From an uncultured Alphaproteobacteria bacterium (GTDB taxonomy: Bacteria; Pseudomonadota; Alphaproteobacteria; Rhizobiales; Xanthobacteraceae), in the NCBI GenBank assembly GCA_963697885.1, contig OY969102.1, forward strand, positions 423,006 through 487,005: a DNA stretch of 64,000 nt. The letters are read 5' to 3'. The translations under genes were made by a program, and so were the position numbers. Shown here in pieces: positions 23,363 to 33,263 of this stretch; the first letter of the stretch is position 1; each line of letters begins with the position of its first letter. The notes beneath the pieces were generated by a model. That model was not told the DNA's origin, did not search any database, and worked only from the letters and a program-made list of their open reading frames with translations.

Positions 23363-23667
23363 AGGCCGGACGCCCTCGCGGGAGGCGGCGCAAACTATTG
23401 GAATCCAAGAGGAATTCCGATCTCTGGGGACGTCGCAGAAGCCTGCGGAAACCCCCTGAAATCGAGGGCTAGCTAACACAGCGAGGATGACGGCGCAACA
23501 CGCGGACCTGTTCGCCGCAGGGCTCGTGGATGCCGTTACCGCCCACGCACAGGTCCGTCGACAAATTTGCATCGCAGGGATACCTCGCCATGCGAGGTAG
23601 CGGCCGCTATAGCGGACGAGGACGTAGGTATTCGTGCCGATCGCTCCCCCGCCGGGTTCCCAGGGTC

Positions 23668-24582
23668 ATGCCGAAGCCGAAAATGCAAGGCGACGCCGCC
23701 ACCACGGCCAAGCTGCTGGTGGTCCTGCTTGCCTTTGCGTGGGGCCTGAACTGGGTTGCCGCAGCCTATGCGTTGCGGGAAGTGAGCCCCTGGAGCCTGC
23801 GCGTCGCCGGCTCTGCTATAGGTGCCGCCACCCTGTTCGGAGCCGCGATCTTTACCGGCCACAACATGAGGGTGCCGCGCGGCGAATACATCCATGTGAT
23901 GGTTGCCGGCTTCTTCAATGTCGCCGGATTTCAGATCCTCTCCGGCTTTGCGCAGCTGAGCGGAGCGACGTCGCGCGCAATCATCATCACTTATTCGATG
24001 CCGATCTGGACGACGGTGCTGAGCCGCTTCGTGCTCGGTGAACGGCTGAATGCGATCGGCTGGTTCGCGTTCGCGCTGTGCGTTTTCGGCGTCACCGTCC
24101 TGTTGTGGCCCCTGTTCTCCAGTGGATTTCCGCCGTTCGTTTTCTATTCGCTCGGTTGCGCGTTGAGCTGGACGATCGCGACCGTCTACATCAAATGGGC
24201 CAAGGTCACGATGGAGCCGCTGGCGAACGCAGCCTGGCAATTGCTGTTCGGTCTGGTTTTCATCACCGCCGGTACGATCCTGTTCGAAGGCCATCCGCAT
24301 CTCTGGCCACTCCGGAACGAGACGATCCTCGCGGTGCTCTTCGTCGGGTTCTTCGGCGTCGGGCTTGCGCATTTTCTGTGGTGGTCGATCGTCGGCCGCC
24401 TGCCGACCGTGACGGCGTCGCTCGGTTCGTTGCTGGTGCCGGTGATCGGCGTCACGGCCTCGACCATCATGCTCGGCGAACGGCTGACGGTGCCCGATAT
24501 CATCGGATTCGCGATGATTTTCGCCGCGGCGGCTTGCGTGCTGCTGCAACCAAACGCGCGCCATGACGAGATGCCGGAATAG
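23668..24582 (+). CDS. DMT superfamily (EamA-like) transporter
   Basis: About ten hydrophobic segments in two EamA-type halves. Start taken at ATG 23668 (MPKPKMQGDAATTAKLLVVLLAFAWGLNWV). Confidence 0.8.
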   Translation: MPKPKMQGDAATTAKLLVVLLAFAWGLNWVAAAYALREVSPWSLRVAGSAIGAATLFGAAIFTGHNMRVPRGEYIHVMVAGFFNVAGFQILSGFAQLSGATSRAIIITYSMPIWTTVLSRFVLGERLNAIGWFAFALCVFGVTVLLWPLFSSGFPPFVFYSLGCALSWTIATVYIKWAKVTMEPLANAAWQLLFGLVFITAGTILFEGHPHLWPLRNETILAVLFVGFFGVGLAHFLWWSIVGRLPTVTASLGSLLVPVIGVTASTIMLGERLTVPDIIGFAMIFAAAACVLLQPNARHDEMPE

Positions 24583-24670
24583 CAGGTCCCCGATCATGGC
24601 GCCCTAAGGGGTATTCCGGGGTTGCACGGGGCGGGCCAAAGCGGAAAACTTAAGGCAACTCAACCGCCGC

Positions 24671-26371
24671 ATGCCTTCCCATCCGAAAACCGCCCACTTC
24701 CCCGAGCCAAGCTTCGCCGAGCTTTTTACGCCGAAGCTGATCACGGTTTTCCGTGAGGGCTACGGCTGGCGCGATGTGCGCGCTGATGCCGTTTCCGGGT
24801 TGACCGTGGCGGTGGTGGCCTTGCCGCTGTCGATGGCCATCGCCATTGCCTCGGGCGTATCGCCAGAACGCGGTCTCTATACCGCGATTGCCGGTGGCCT
24901 TATCGTGTCCCTGATCGGCGGCAGCCGCTTCCAGATCGGCGGTCCGGCCGGCGCCTTCATCGGCCTCGTCGCCAGCGTGGTCGAGCGACACGGTTACGAC
25001 GGGCTCGCGCTCGCGACCGTCATAGCGGGTCTCATCCTGATCACCGTCGGCCTGCTACGCGTAGGCACTTATATCAAATACATCCCGTTTCCGGTCACCG
25101 TCGGGTTTACCGCCGGCATCGCGGTGATCATCGCAGCAAGCCAAATCCATGATCTGCTCGGCCTTAACATCGCACACGAGCCCTCGGCGCTGCTGCCAAA
25201 ACTCGCCGCCATTCGCACCGCGCTACCCACGGTTCAGTGGCCGACGGTGGCAATCGCGCTGATGTCGGTGGCGATGATGGCCGCGCTGCGCCGCTTTCGT
25301 CCCGCCTGGCCTTCATTCCTCATCGCAGTCGCGGTCGCCGCCGCCGTCTGTGTCATCTTTCACCTCGACGTCGCCACCGTGAGTTCACGCTTCGGCGCCA
25401 TTCCGCGTTCTCTTCCGGCACCGTCACTGCCGACGTTCAGTCTCGACAAATTGCAGGCCGTATTGCCTGACGGCATCGCCATTGCCCTGCTCGGAGCCAT
25501 TGAATCGCTTCTGTCTGCAGTGGTCGCCGACGGTATGACCGGCCGCCGGCACCGGTCTAATTGCGAGCTGAGCGCGCAGGGCGTTGCCAATATTGTCTCG
25601 GTGGTTTTCGGCGGCATATGCGTGACCGGCACAGTGGCGCGGACCGCAACCAATGTCCGCGCCGGCGCGCGCGGGCCAGTTTCCGGCATTTTTCACTGCG
25701 CCTATCTGCTGATGTTTCTCATCGTAGGGGCGCCGCTGGTGGGCTTCATCCCGCTCGCTGCGCTCGGCGCGGTGCTCGCAATGGTCGCCTGGAACATGGC
25801 TGAAAAGGAGGAATTCTGGTCATTGCTGCGTAGCTCGCGCGGCGATGCCGTTGTGCTGCTGGCAACGTTTCTGTTGACGATCTTCGTCGATCTCATCACC
25901 GGGATCGCGGTCGGTGTGGTGTTCGGTGCACTCCTGTTCCTGCATCGGATGGCTGAAGCGGTCGAGGTCGAAGGCGGCGGTTCTTCACTCAACGACATCG
26001 CCGACAGCGCTGACCAGCAGCCGCGATACGATGCGGGTCTGGCAAGCAATCGCGACGTCATGATTTTTCGTATCAGTGGCGCGTTCTTTTTCGGCGCCAC
26101 GGCGCGCGTATTGACTGTGCTGGAGCGTGTGGGCACACCCCCGCGCCTGCTCGTGCTGGATTTCCGCGATGTCCCACTGATCGACAGCACGGCGGCGCGG
26201 TCGCTCGTCGCCTTCGTCCACAAGCTCAAGCGCTCGGGTACCAGCGTCACTTTCGCAGCCGCAAGACCCAATGTGCGGCGGACCTTAAGTCACGCCGGAC
26301 TCAAACCCCCGCTCGTGCACTATTCCGCCAATACAACAGAAGCAGCCAAAGCTAACTCCAAGGCCGGCTAG
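24671..26371 (+). CDS. SulP family inorganic anion transporter with C-terminal STAS domain
   Basis: DAVSGLTVAVVALPLSMAIAIASG...GGSRFQIGGPAGAF is the SulP core. The STAS tail is VMIFRISGAFFFGATARV...VLDFRDVPLIDSTAARSL. Confidence 0.9.
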   Translation: MPSHPKTAHFPEPSFAELFTPKLITVFREGYGWRDVRADAVSGLTVAVVALPLSMAIAIASGVSPERGLYTAIAGGLIVSLIGGSRFQIGGPAGAFIGLVASVVERHGYDGLALATVIAGLILITVGLLRVGTYIKYIPFPVTVGFTAGIAVIIAASQIHDLLGLNIAHEPSALLPKLAAIRTALPTVQWPTVAIALMSVAMMAALRRFRPAWPSFLIAVAVAAAVCVIFHLDVATVSSRFGAIPRSLPAPSLPTFSLDKLQAVLPDGIAIALLGAIESLLSAVVADGMTGRRHRSNCELSAQGVANIVSVVFGGICVTGTVARTATNVRAGARGPVSGIFHCAYLLMFLIVGAPLVGFIPLAALGAVLAMVAWNMAEKEEFWSLLRSSRGDAVVLLATFLLTIFVDLITGIAVGVVFGALLFLHRMAEAVEVEGGGSSLNDIADSADQQPRYDAGLASNRDVMIFRISGAFFFGATARVLTVLERVGTPPRLLVLDFRDVPLIDSTAARSLVAFVHKLKRSGTSVTFAAARPNVRRTLSHAGLKPPLVHYSANTTEAAKANSKAG

Positions 26372-28546
26372 AAGAAGCTCTGCGGATCGACATCCACCTC
26401 GAGGCGCACGTTGCCGCGCGGTTTGGGCGCACGGCCTAGCCATTCTCGCAAATAGGCCGATAGATCGAAGGCGCGCGGCGACTTCACCAACACCCGGAAG
26501 CGATGGCGGCCGCGCACCACCGCGATCGGCGCTTCGGCGGGGCCAAGCACGCGAACTTGCTCGTCCTTCGGCGCGGTGCTGACGAGCGTACGACCGTAGG
26601 CCTCCGCGGCGTGCCTCTCGTTCGCAGTCACGACGAGAACTCGCGAGCCGTCCAAATGGCGGATAACCCGTGCGCTCGCGTTGCTCGATCTCGTTGCTGT
26701 AGAAGGCTTCACGATCGCCGGAAATCAGCGCCCGTATCACCGGGTGTTCAGGCTGATGCGTCTGCAAGTAGCCGAGGCCACGCCCCTCCTCGCGGCCGGC
26801 GCGGCCGACAACCTGGTGCAGTAACTGGAATGTGCGTTCCGCCGCGCGCGGATCGCCATTGCCCAGACTGAGATCGGCGTCGACGATGCCCACAAGATTC
26901 AGTTTGGGGAAATGATGTCCCTTGGCAACGAGCTGTGTGCCGATGATGAGATCGAAGCGCCCTGCGGCCACGTCGTCGAGCTCTTGCCGCAGGCGCTCAA
27001 CCAACTCCACCAGATCGCTCGACAGCACGAGGGTCCGCGCTTGCGGAAACAGTTCGGCCGCCTCCTGTTCGAGACGCTCCACACCGGGGCCCACGGCCGC
27101 AAAGCTTTCGGTCGCATGGCAATTCGGGCATTCCGCCGGCGGCGGCATGTTAAAGCCACAGTGATGACAGACCAGGCGCCGCTTGAAGCGGTGATCGACC
27201 AGCCAGGCATCACAATTCGGACATTGCAGCCGGAACCCGCAGGCCCTGCACAGCGTGAGCGGCGCGTAACCGCGGCGATTGAGAAAAAGCAACGCCTGCT
27301 CACCACGGGTGAGCGACACCGCTATTGCTTCGGCGAGCCGCGGCGAGATGAAGCGGCCGCGTGGCGGCCCCTCGCGGCGCATATCGATCGGCTCGATCGA
27401 GGGCAAATGCGCGCCACCAAAGCGCTCCGGCAAATGTACATGCCGGTAACGCCCGCGGCGCGCGTTGACTTCCGACTCGACCGAAGGCGTCGCTGAAGCG
27501 AGCACCACCGGAATTTTCGCGATCGATCCGCGCACCACGGCCATGTCGCGCGCGTGGTAGTGCGCCCCGTCTTCCTGCTTGTAGGCTGGGTCGTGCTCTT
27601 CATCGACCACAACAAGGCCGAGGTCGGCGTAAGGCAAGAAGAGCGCCGACCGCGCGCCGACGACCACCGGCACCTCATTCGCCCCGATCGCCGCCCACGT
27701 GCGCGCGCGTTTGCGCGGCGAGAGCTGTGAGTGCCACTCCGCCGGGCGGGTCCCAAAACGCTCGGAAAAGCGATCAAGAAATTGTGCCGTGAGCGCAATT
27801 TCCGGCATCAGGATCAGAGTCTGCCGTTTCAGCCTGATGTTTTCGGCAACGGCCTCGAAGTAAACTTCTGTTTTGCCGGAGCCGGTAACCCCGTCCAGCA
27901 ATGTGACAGTGTAGCCGCCCTGCGTGACTGTTGTACGCAATGTGTCGGCGGCCGCGAGCTGGGCCAGGGAGAATTCCGGCTTGCGGAAATCGGGATTGGG
28001 TTGCGATACGACCGGCTCAGGCGGCAGCACGACCGTTTCCAGCGCGCCTTCATCGATCAATCCGTCTATTACACCGACGCTCACTCCCGCTTCCTGTGCG
28101 GCCTCGCTTTTGGAGCGCACCAGACCATCGGCAAACAACCCAAGCGCGCGCACGCGCGCGGCCGTCATGCGCGGGGGTGGCGGTCCGGCGAGCCTGACGC
28201 CGACGCGCTCGCGCGCCGGGCCCAGATGTTCGCCCATGCGCAGTGCCATGCGCAGCACCATTCCGCGCGACGCAAGCGTATAGCCCGACACCCAATCGAC
28301 GAACTGCCGGATCTCAGATTTTAGCGGCGGCACATCATGCTTGCCGACTACGTCCTTCATTCGATTGTGCAGGCGCGGATTGGGGTCCGGGTTCTCGGCC
28401 CAGACCACGCCGGTGGTTTCGCCACGCGTGCCCAACGGCACGGTCACCACGTCGCCGGGCGCGACATCGAGGCCGGCCGGCACGCGGTAGGAATAGGTCT
28501 GGTCCAGCGCCACTGGCACCAAAACATCGACAACACGTGTAGTCAT
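26368..28546 (-). pseudogene. priA: primosomal replication-restart helicase PriA, frameshifted by +1 nt at about 26648
   Basis: Helicase core GVTGSGKTEVY and DEEHD, plus the Cys-rich zinc region CRACGFRLQCPNCDAWLVDHRFKRRLVCHHCG. Homology stops at ...GYPPFGRLAS and resumes in ORF 26368..26712 (LVVTANERH...VRVLGPAEAPIAVVRGRHRFRVLVK...VDVDPQSFF). The span is 2179 nt (3n+1). The extra base lies in GAACTC 26646-26651. Confidence 0.9.
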
Positions 28547-28695
28547 GGGCCCATTTTCTTGCGCGTGATCTGGTCAGAAAACCGGTTCCCATCCCCGATC
28601 GGGGTCGAGGACATGCTTTTCGGGATCATGCGCTAGGTCTCGCCGATTCCACGCCCTTAAGGAAGGGTGAAGAAAGCGGTGCCACTCTGCCGGCC

Positions 28696-29631
28696 ATGAG
28701 CAAATTCGACGCCAGCCCCGATGTTGCGGCCGAAATTGCCCGCTGGCTCGGCTATCTTGGCGCTGAGCGGCGCATGTCGGCAAAGACACTTGATGCCTAT
28801 CGCCGCGACGTGGCGCAATTCCTTGGTTTTCTCGCAGGTCATCTCGGTGGCGCGCCGACCCTCAAGCAACTGGCGCGGCTGGTTCCGGCTGATGTGCGCG
28901 CCTTCATGGCGGCGCGCCGCAGTGACGGTTCCGGCAACCGCTCCTTGATGCGCACACTGGCCGGCTGCCGTTCGTTTGCGCGGTTCCTGGAACGTAACGG
29001 CAAAGGCAAAGTTGCGGCCCTGACGGCCGTCAGTACTCCGAAATTGCCGAGGACTTTGCCTAAACCGCTGGCGGCCTCCGCCGCGGTGCAGATGACCGAC
29101 ACCGGAATGCGCGAAGGCGAGACGCGCGAGCCGTGGATCATTTCGCGCGACGCAGCGGTGCTGGCTTTGCTCTACGGATCGGGACTTCGCATTTCAGAAG
29201 CGCTTGGCCTGAAGCGCAAAGACTATGCCGACAACGCAGACGCCCTCATTGTGCTTGGCAAGGGCAATAAGACGCGCATGGTGCCGCTGCTTCCGCAGGT
29301 CGCCAAATTGATCACAGGCTACGTTACGCTTTGCCCAGCCGATCTTTCGCCAGAAGGCCCGCTATTCATCGGCGCACGCGGTGGCAACCTCTCGCCCCGC
29401 GTCATACAACTGGCCATGGCGCGATTGCGCGGTGCGCTCGGTCTTCCCGACAGCGCAACCCCCCATGCGCTGCGTCATTCTTTCGCGACCCATCTACTGG
29501 CACGCGGTGGTGACCTGCGCTCTATCCAGGAACTGCTGGGGCACGCTTCGCTTTCAACCACGCAGATCTACACGGCCGTCGATTCCGAACGATTGCTGGA
29601 GGTTTATGCGAGCGCGCACCCACGCGCTTAA
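28696..29631 (+). CDS. xerC: tyrosine recombinase XerC (chromosome dimer resolution)
   Basis: WLGYLGAERRMSAKTLDAYRRDV...GLRISEALGL...HALRHSFATHLLARGGDLRSIQELLGHASLSTTQIYT. Confidence 0.9.
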   Translation: MSKFDASPDVAAEIARWLGYLGAERRMSAKTLDAYRRDVAQFLGFLAGHLGGAPTLKQLARLVPADVRAFMAARRSDGSGNRSLMRTLAGCRSFARFLERNGKGKVAALTAVSTPKLPRTLPKPLAASAAVQMTDTGMREGETREPWIISRDAAVLALLYGSGLRISEALGLKRKDYADNADALIVLGKGNKTRMVPLLPQVAKLITGYVTLCPADLSPEGPLFIGARGGNLSPRVIQLAMARLRGALGLPDSATPHALRHSFATHLLARGGDLRSIQELLGHASLSTTQIYTAVDSERLLEVYASAHPRA

Positions 29632-29710
29632 CCCACCCTCTTGCACTCAACCGCCTTTCCGATCATCGTTGCGCCAACGCTGCGGCGGGGACCAGGGGGG
29701 TTACGGGGCG

Positions 29711-30301
29711 ATGAGCGCACACGAAAATCTTGAACACGCTGAGCACGCCGAACACGCCGCGCACTCGAACAAAAAGATTGCACTGCTGATCGCGGTGCTG
29801 GCGCTGTTCCTCGCGTTCTCCGAGACGCTCGGCAAGAGCTCACAGACCTCCGCCATCACATACAACGTGGCAGCGAGCGACCTTTGGTCGTTCTTCCAGG
29901 CCAAAACCGTCCGTATGACGGTACTGACAACGGCCGCCGAGCAAATGCAGATCGAGGCTGACCGCACAACGGATGCAGACGCCAAAGCGAGATTGCTCAA
30001 ATCGATTGACGGCTGGAAGAAGACCGCGGCACGCTACAATGATGAGCCGGAAACCAATGAAGGCCGCAAGCAATTGGCCGAACGCGCAAAGCAGGCCGAG
30101 GAAAAACGCGAGCTCGCATTGGCGCGTTACCACCAGTACGAATTCGCCTCAGCCGCGTTCCAGATCGGCATCGTGCTGGCTTCCGCTGAAGTAATCACAG
30201 GAATAGCCGCGCTTGGATGGCTGTCCGGGCTGCTTGGTGTCTTCGGACTTGGCTTCATGGCCCTCGGCCTGTGGGTGCCGCACGCGGTGCATCTGGGCTG
30301 A
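29711..30301 (+). CDS. DUF4337-like membrane protein
   Basis: MSAHENLEHAEHAEHAAHSNKKIALLIAVLALFLAFSE, then a helical region and a C-terminal TM pair. Start at ATG 29711; the longer track ORF overlaps xerC. Confidence 0.65.
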   Translation: MSAHENLEHAEHAEHAAHSNKKIALLIAVLALFLAFSETLGKSSQTSAITYNVAASDLWSFFQAKTVRMTVLTTAAEQMQIEADRTTDADAKARLLKSIDGWKKTAARYNDEPETNEGRKQLAERAKQAEEKRELALARYHQYEFASAAFQIGIVLASAEVITGIAALGWLSGLLGVFGLGFMALGLWVPHAVHLG

Positions 30302-30330
30302 TAATACTTCGCCGACCGTTTGAGAGACGA

Positions 30331-30870
30331 CTAGAGCTCACTGCCACGATAGACGCGGCGGCGCAGCCGCATGAAGAGACGCAGAAAGCGTCCGGCGCGC
30401 TGCGGCTTCAACAGCCATGCCAGCCGCTTGATCCGCTTGCGAATTGGCTCGGTCATCTCATGCGACCACTCACGCAGCCAGATGAACCAGTCATACATGC
30501 GGTGGAACCATCCGATCTGCAACAGCTTGCCGCGCGTGACATCAAACACGAATGCGGTCACACCGACGCCAAGGAATTTCGCGAACAGCAATGCGACGAT
30601 GACGCCCAGCCAGCCTTGCGTCGCGATGACGTAGACCTCGAAGAATTTCAGGGGCAGCAAGACAACGACGAGCGGCACAACGAAAACCACAAGCGCCGCA
30701 TAAGGTGGCAGACGTTCAATCAGCGCTGCCAGTTTGACTTTGACCCTGCCCCACGGAACGAGATTCACCACGCGCGCGATGACAGGCTCGAGATGATCCC
30801 AAAGCCAGGCTTCGATCAGGAAGAGCAGTGCGAGACTGACCCACAAGGGGCGAAGGAAATTACGGCTCAT
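30331..30870 (-). CDS. hypothetical integral membrane protein
   Basis: Start at ATG 30870 (MSRNFLRPLWVSLALLFLIEAWLW). Several TM segments and a basic C-terminus. Confidence 0.55.
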   Translation of the reverse strand: MSRNFLRPLWVSLALLFLIEAWLWDHLEPVIARVVNLVPWGRVKVKLAALIERLPPYAALVVFVVPLVVVLLPLKFFEVYVIATQGWLGVIVALLFAKFLGVGVTAFVFDVTRGKLLQIGWFHRMYDWFIWLREWSHEMTEPIRKRIKRLAWLLKPQRAGRFLRLFMRLRRRVYRGSEL

Positions 30871-30941
30871 ATGACAATAACTAATAGCGCCGCGCGCCGA
30901 CCGCAAATAAGGCAAAATAACCGCGGATTCATGAGGCTACG

Positions 30942-31709
30942 TTACGTTCGCACTCGCCCGCCATCCACATTCAGCGTTTGACCCGTAATAAATGCGGCGT
31001 CGTCGCTGGTGAGGAATGAAACGGCACCGACCAGGTCGTCCGGCACTTCCACGCGCTTGATCGCCTGCATCTGTGCGACCGCGTTGAACTCGTCGTCCAT
31101 CGTCTTGAAGCCCGGCCGCGGCGCGCGCACCAGCGTGCCCGGCGAACGGGTGAGCCCCGGCGCGATGGCGTTCACGGTAATGCCGTCGCCGGCGAGATCG
31201 CTGGCAAGCGCGCGCGTGAAGCCGACGATACCGCCTTTGCTCGCGACATAGTGCGCAAAACCCGTCACCACCGAGCCGAGCGTGCTCGACGCCATATTGA
31301 CCACGCGGCCCCATTTGCGAGCCCGCATGCCCGGCACGAAGGCCGCGCTCACCAGGAATGTACTATCGAGATTGGTCGACAGCACCTTGCGCCAATCGGC
31401 GAAGGTCATCTCGGGGAAGTTTTTCTGCGGAAAAATCCCCGCGCAATTGACGACGATGTCGACGTGATTGAATTTGCCCTGAACCTGCTTGGCCATAGCG
31501 GCGACTGACTCTTCCGATGACACGTCGCACTTGATGTAGATTGCCTGGCGACCAGTGGCCTCGACCAGCTTCACGGTCGCGGCGCCGTCAGCGAGGTCAA
31601 TGACCGCTATATCAACGCCGTCCTCGGCGAGACGTTTGGCGAATGCCTGCCCGATGCCGTTCGCGCCACCAGTGATAACAGCGACTTTATCCTTGTGGCC
31701 CTTGGCCAT
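30942..31709 (-). CDS. SDR family oxidoreductase
   Basis: KVAVITGGANGIGQA is the TGxxxGxG motif. NCAG is present, and YVASKGG is the YxxxK motif. Confidence 0.9.
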   Translation of the reverse strand: MAKGHKDKVAVITGGANGIGQAFAKRLAEDGVDIAVIDLADGAATVKLVEATGRQAIYIKCDVSSEESVAAMAKQVQGKFNHVDIVVNCAGIFPQKNFPEMTFADWRKVLSTNLDSTFLVSAAFVPGMRARKWGRVVNMASSTLGSVVTGFAHYVASKGGIVGFTRALASDLAGDGITVNAIAPGLTRSPGTLVRAPRPGFKTMDDEFNAVAQMQAIKRVEVPDDLVGAVSFLTSDDAAFITGQTLNVDGGRVRT

Positions 31710-31800
31710 GGTTCTTCCCCTTTTTACGCTGGCAACGCACCAGCTTATTCCGTCACCCCCTGAATGAGGCGCTGCTACATGCGCGAGCTGCGCGTCAGCA

Positions 31801-31829
31801 TGGATTGTCGGGTCAAGCCCGGCAATGAC
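31801..31829. repeat. hairpin repeat family B (reverse orientation)
   Basis: Its reverse complement, GTCATTGCCGGGCTTGACCCGACAATCCA, matches the copy at 49792..49820 at about 25/29 positions. Confidence 0.8.
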
Positions 31830-31858
31830 GCAGTACGTGTAGCAAGGCTTTGCTACAG

Positions 31859-33259
31859 CTACATATGAATCGCGCGCTTTGCTACGGCCATCGCCGCTTC
31901 CTTGACGGCCTCGGACAATGTCGGATGCGCGTGACAGGTGCGCGCAATGTCTTCGGCCGACGCACCGAACTCCATGGCGATGGCGGCCTCGGCGATCATA
32001 TTGCCGGCGTCGGCGCAGATCAGTTGTATACCCAGGACACGATCGGTTTTTGCGTCTGCAAGAATCTTTACGAAACCGTCGGTGGTGAGGTTCACTTTGG
32101 CGCGGCCATTGGCGGTGAAGGGAAACTTGCCGACATTGTAATTGACGCCGGCAGCCTTCAGGTCGTCCTCGGATTTCCCGACGGTCGCGATCTCCGGATA
32201 AGTGTAAACCACGTTCGGAATAGCGTCGTAGTTCACGTGACCCGCTTCTCCGACCAGGATTTCCGCAACCGCCACGCCCTCGTCCTCGGCCTTGTGCGCC
32301 AGCATCGGGCCAGCGATCGCATCGCCAATGGCCCAGATGCCCGGCACGCTGCTTGCGTAGTAGTGATCGACGATAATGCGGCCGCGCTCATCGAGTTTTA
32401 CGCCAGTCTCCTTGAGGCCAAGGCCTTCCGTGTATGGCACGCGGCCGATCGCAACGAGCACAATGTCGGCCTCGATTGTTTCCGCCGCGCCGCCTTTTGC
32501 CGGCTCGATGTTTGCTTTCAAACGCTTGCCGGAGGAATCGATCGCCGTCACTTTCGACAACAGTTTGAACGTCATGCCTTGCTTTTCGAACAGGCGCTGG
32601 GCCTGGCGGCGGACTTCGCCATCCATGCCGGGCAATACGCCATCAAGAAATTCAACAACCGTCACCTGCGCGCCGAGCCTGCGCCAGACGGAGCCCAATT
32701 CAAGACCGATCACGCCGGCGCCAACGACGAGCAAATGCTTCGGAACCTCGGGCAGTGACAGCGCGCCCGTCGATGAAACGATGCGTTTCTCGTCGATGTC
32801 GATCCCCTTCAGGCGCGCAACATCCGAGCCGGTGGCAATGACAATGGATTTGGCTTCCAGCGCCTGCGTTTTCCCGTCGGCGCTCTTCACTTCGACCTTG
32901 CCGGGCGCTGCAATTCGCCCGGCACCATGAAATGCGTCGACCTTGTTTTTCTTGAGCAGGAACTCGACGCCTTTGACGTTGCCGTCGACGCCTTCGTCCT
33001 TGAACGCCATCATGGCCTTAAGATCGAGCTTGGGCGAAGAAACGCCAATGCCCATCTTGCCAAACGTATGGCCCGCTTCCTCGAACAGTTCGGACGCGTG
33101 CAGCAATGCCTTCGATGGTATGCAGCCAATATTCAGGCAAGTGCCGCCAAATGTAGCGTTCTTTTCCACCACTGCGGTTTTAAGCCCGAGTTGCGCCGCG
33201 CGGATGGCACAAACATAGCCGCCCGGGCCGGTGCCGATGACGATGAGGTCGTAGGACAT
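31859..33259 (-). CDS. lpdA: dihydrolipoyl dehydrogenase (E3)
   Basis: MSYDLIVIGTGPGGYVCAIRAAQLG...GGTCLNIGCIPSK is the redox disulfide. The C-terminus is HAHPTLSEA. Confidence 0.95.
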   Translation of the reverse strand: MSYDLIVIGTGPGGYVCAIRAAQLGLKTAVVEKNATFGGTCLNIGCIPSKALLHASELFEEAGHTFGKMGIGVSSPKLDLKAMMAFKDEGVDGNVKGVEFLLKKNKVDAFHGAGRIAAPGKVEVKSADGKTQALEAKSIVIATGSDVARLKGIDIDEKRIVSSTGALSLPEVPKHLLVVGAGVIGLELGSVWRRLGAQVTVVEFLDGVLPGMDGEVRRQAQRLFEKQGMTFKLLSKVTAIDSSGKRLKANIEPAKGGAAETIEADIVLVAIGRVPYTEGLGLKETGVKLDERGRIIVDHYYASSVPGIWAIGDAIAGPMLAHKAEDEGVAVAEILVGEAGHVNYDAIPNVVYTYPEIATVGKSEDDLKAAGVNYNVGKFPFTANGRAKVNLTTDGFVKILADAKTDRVLGIQLICADAGNMIAEAAIAMEFGASAEDIARTCHAHPTLSEAVKEAAMAVAKRAIHM

Positions 33260-33263
33260 AGGA

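Noticed and set aside
28696-29631. Tyrosine recombinase as a marker of an integrated mobile element.
   Set aside because: The sequence and its context next to priA fit housekeeping XerC. There are no att-like repeats, phage genes or cargo nearby.
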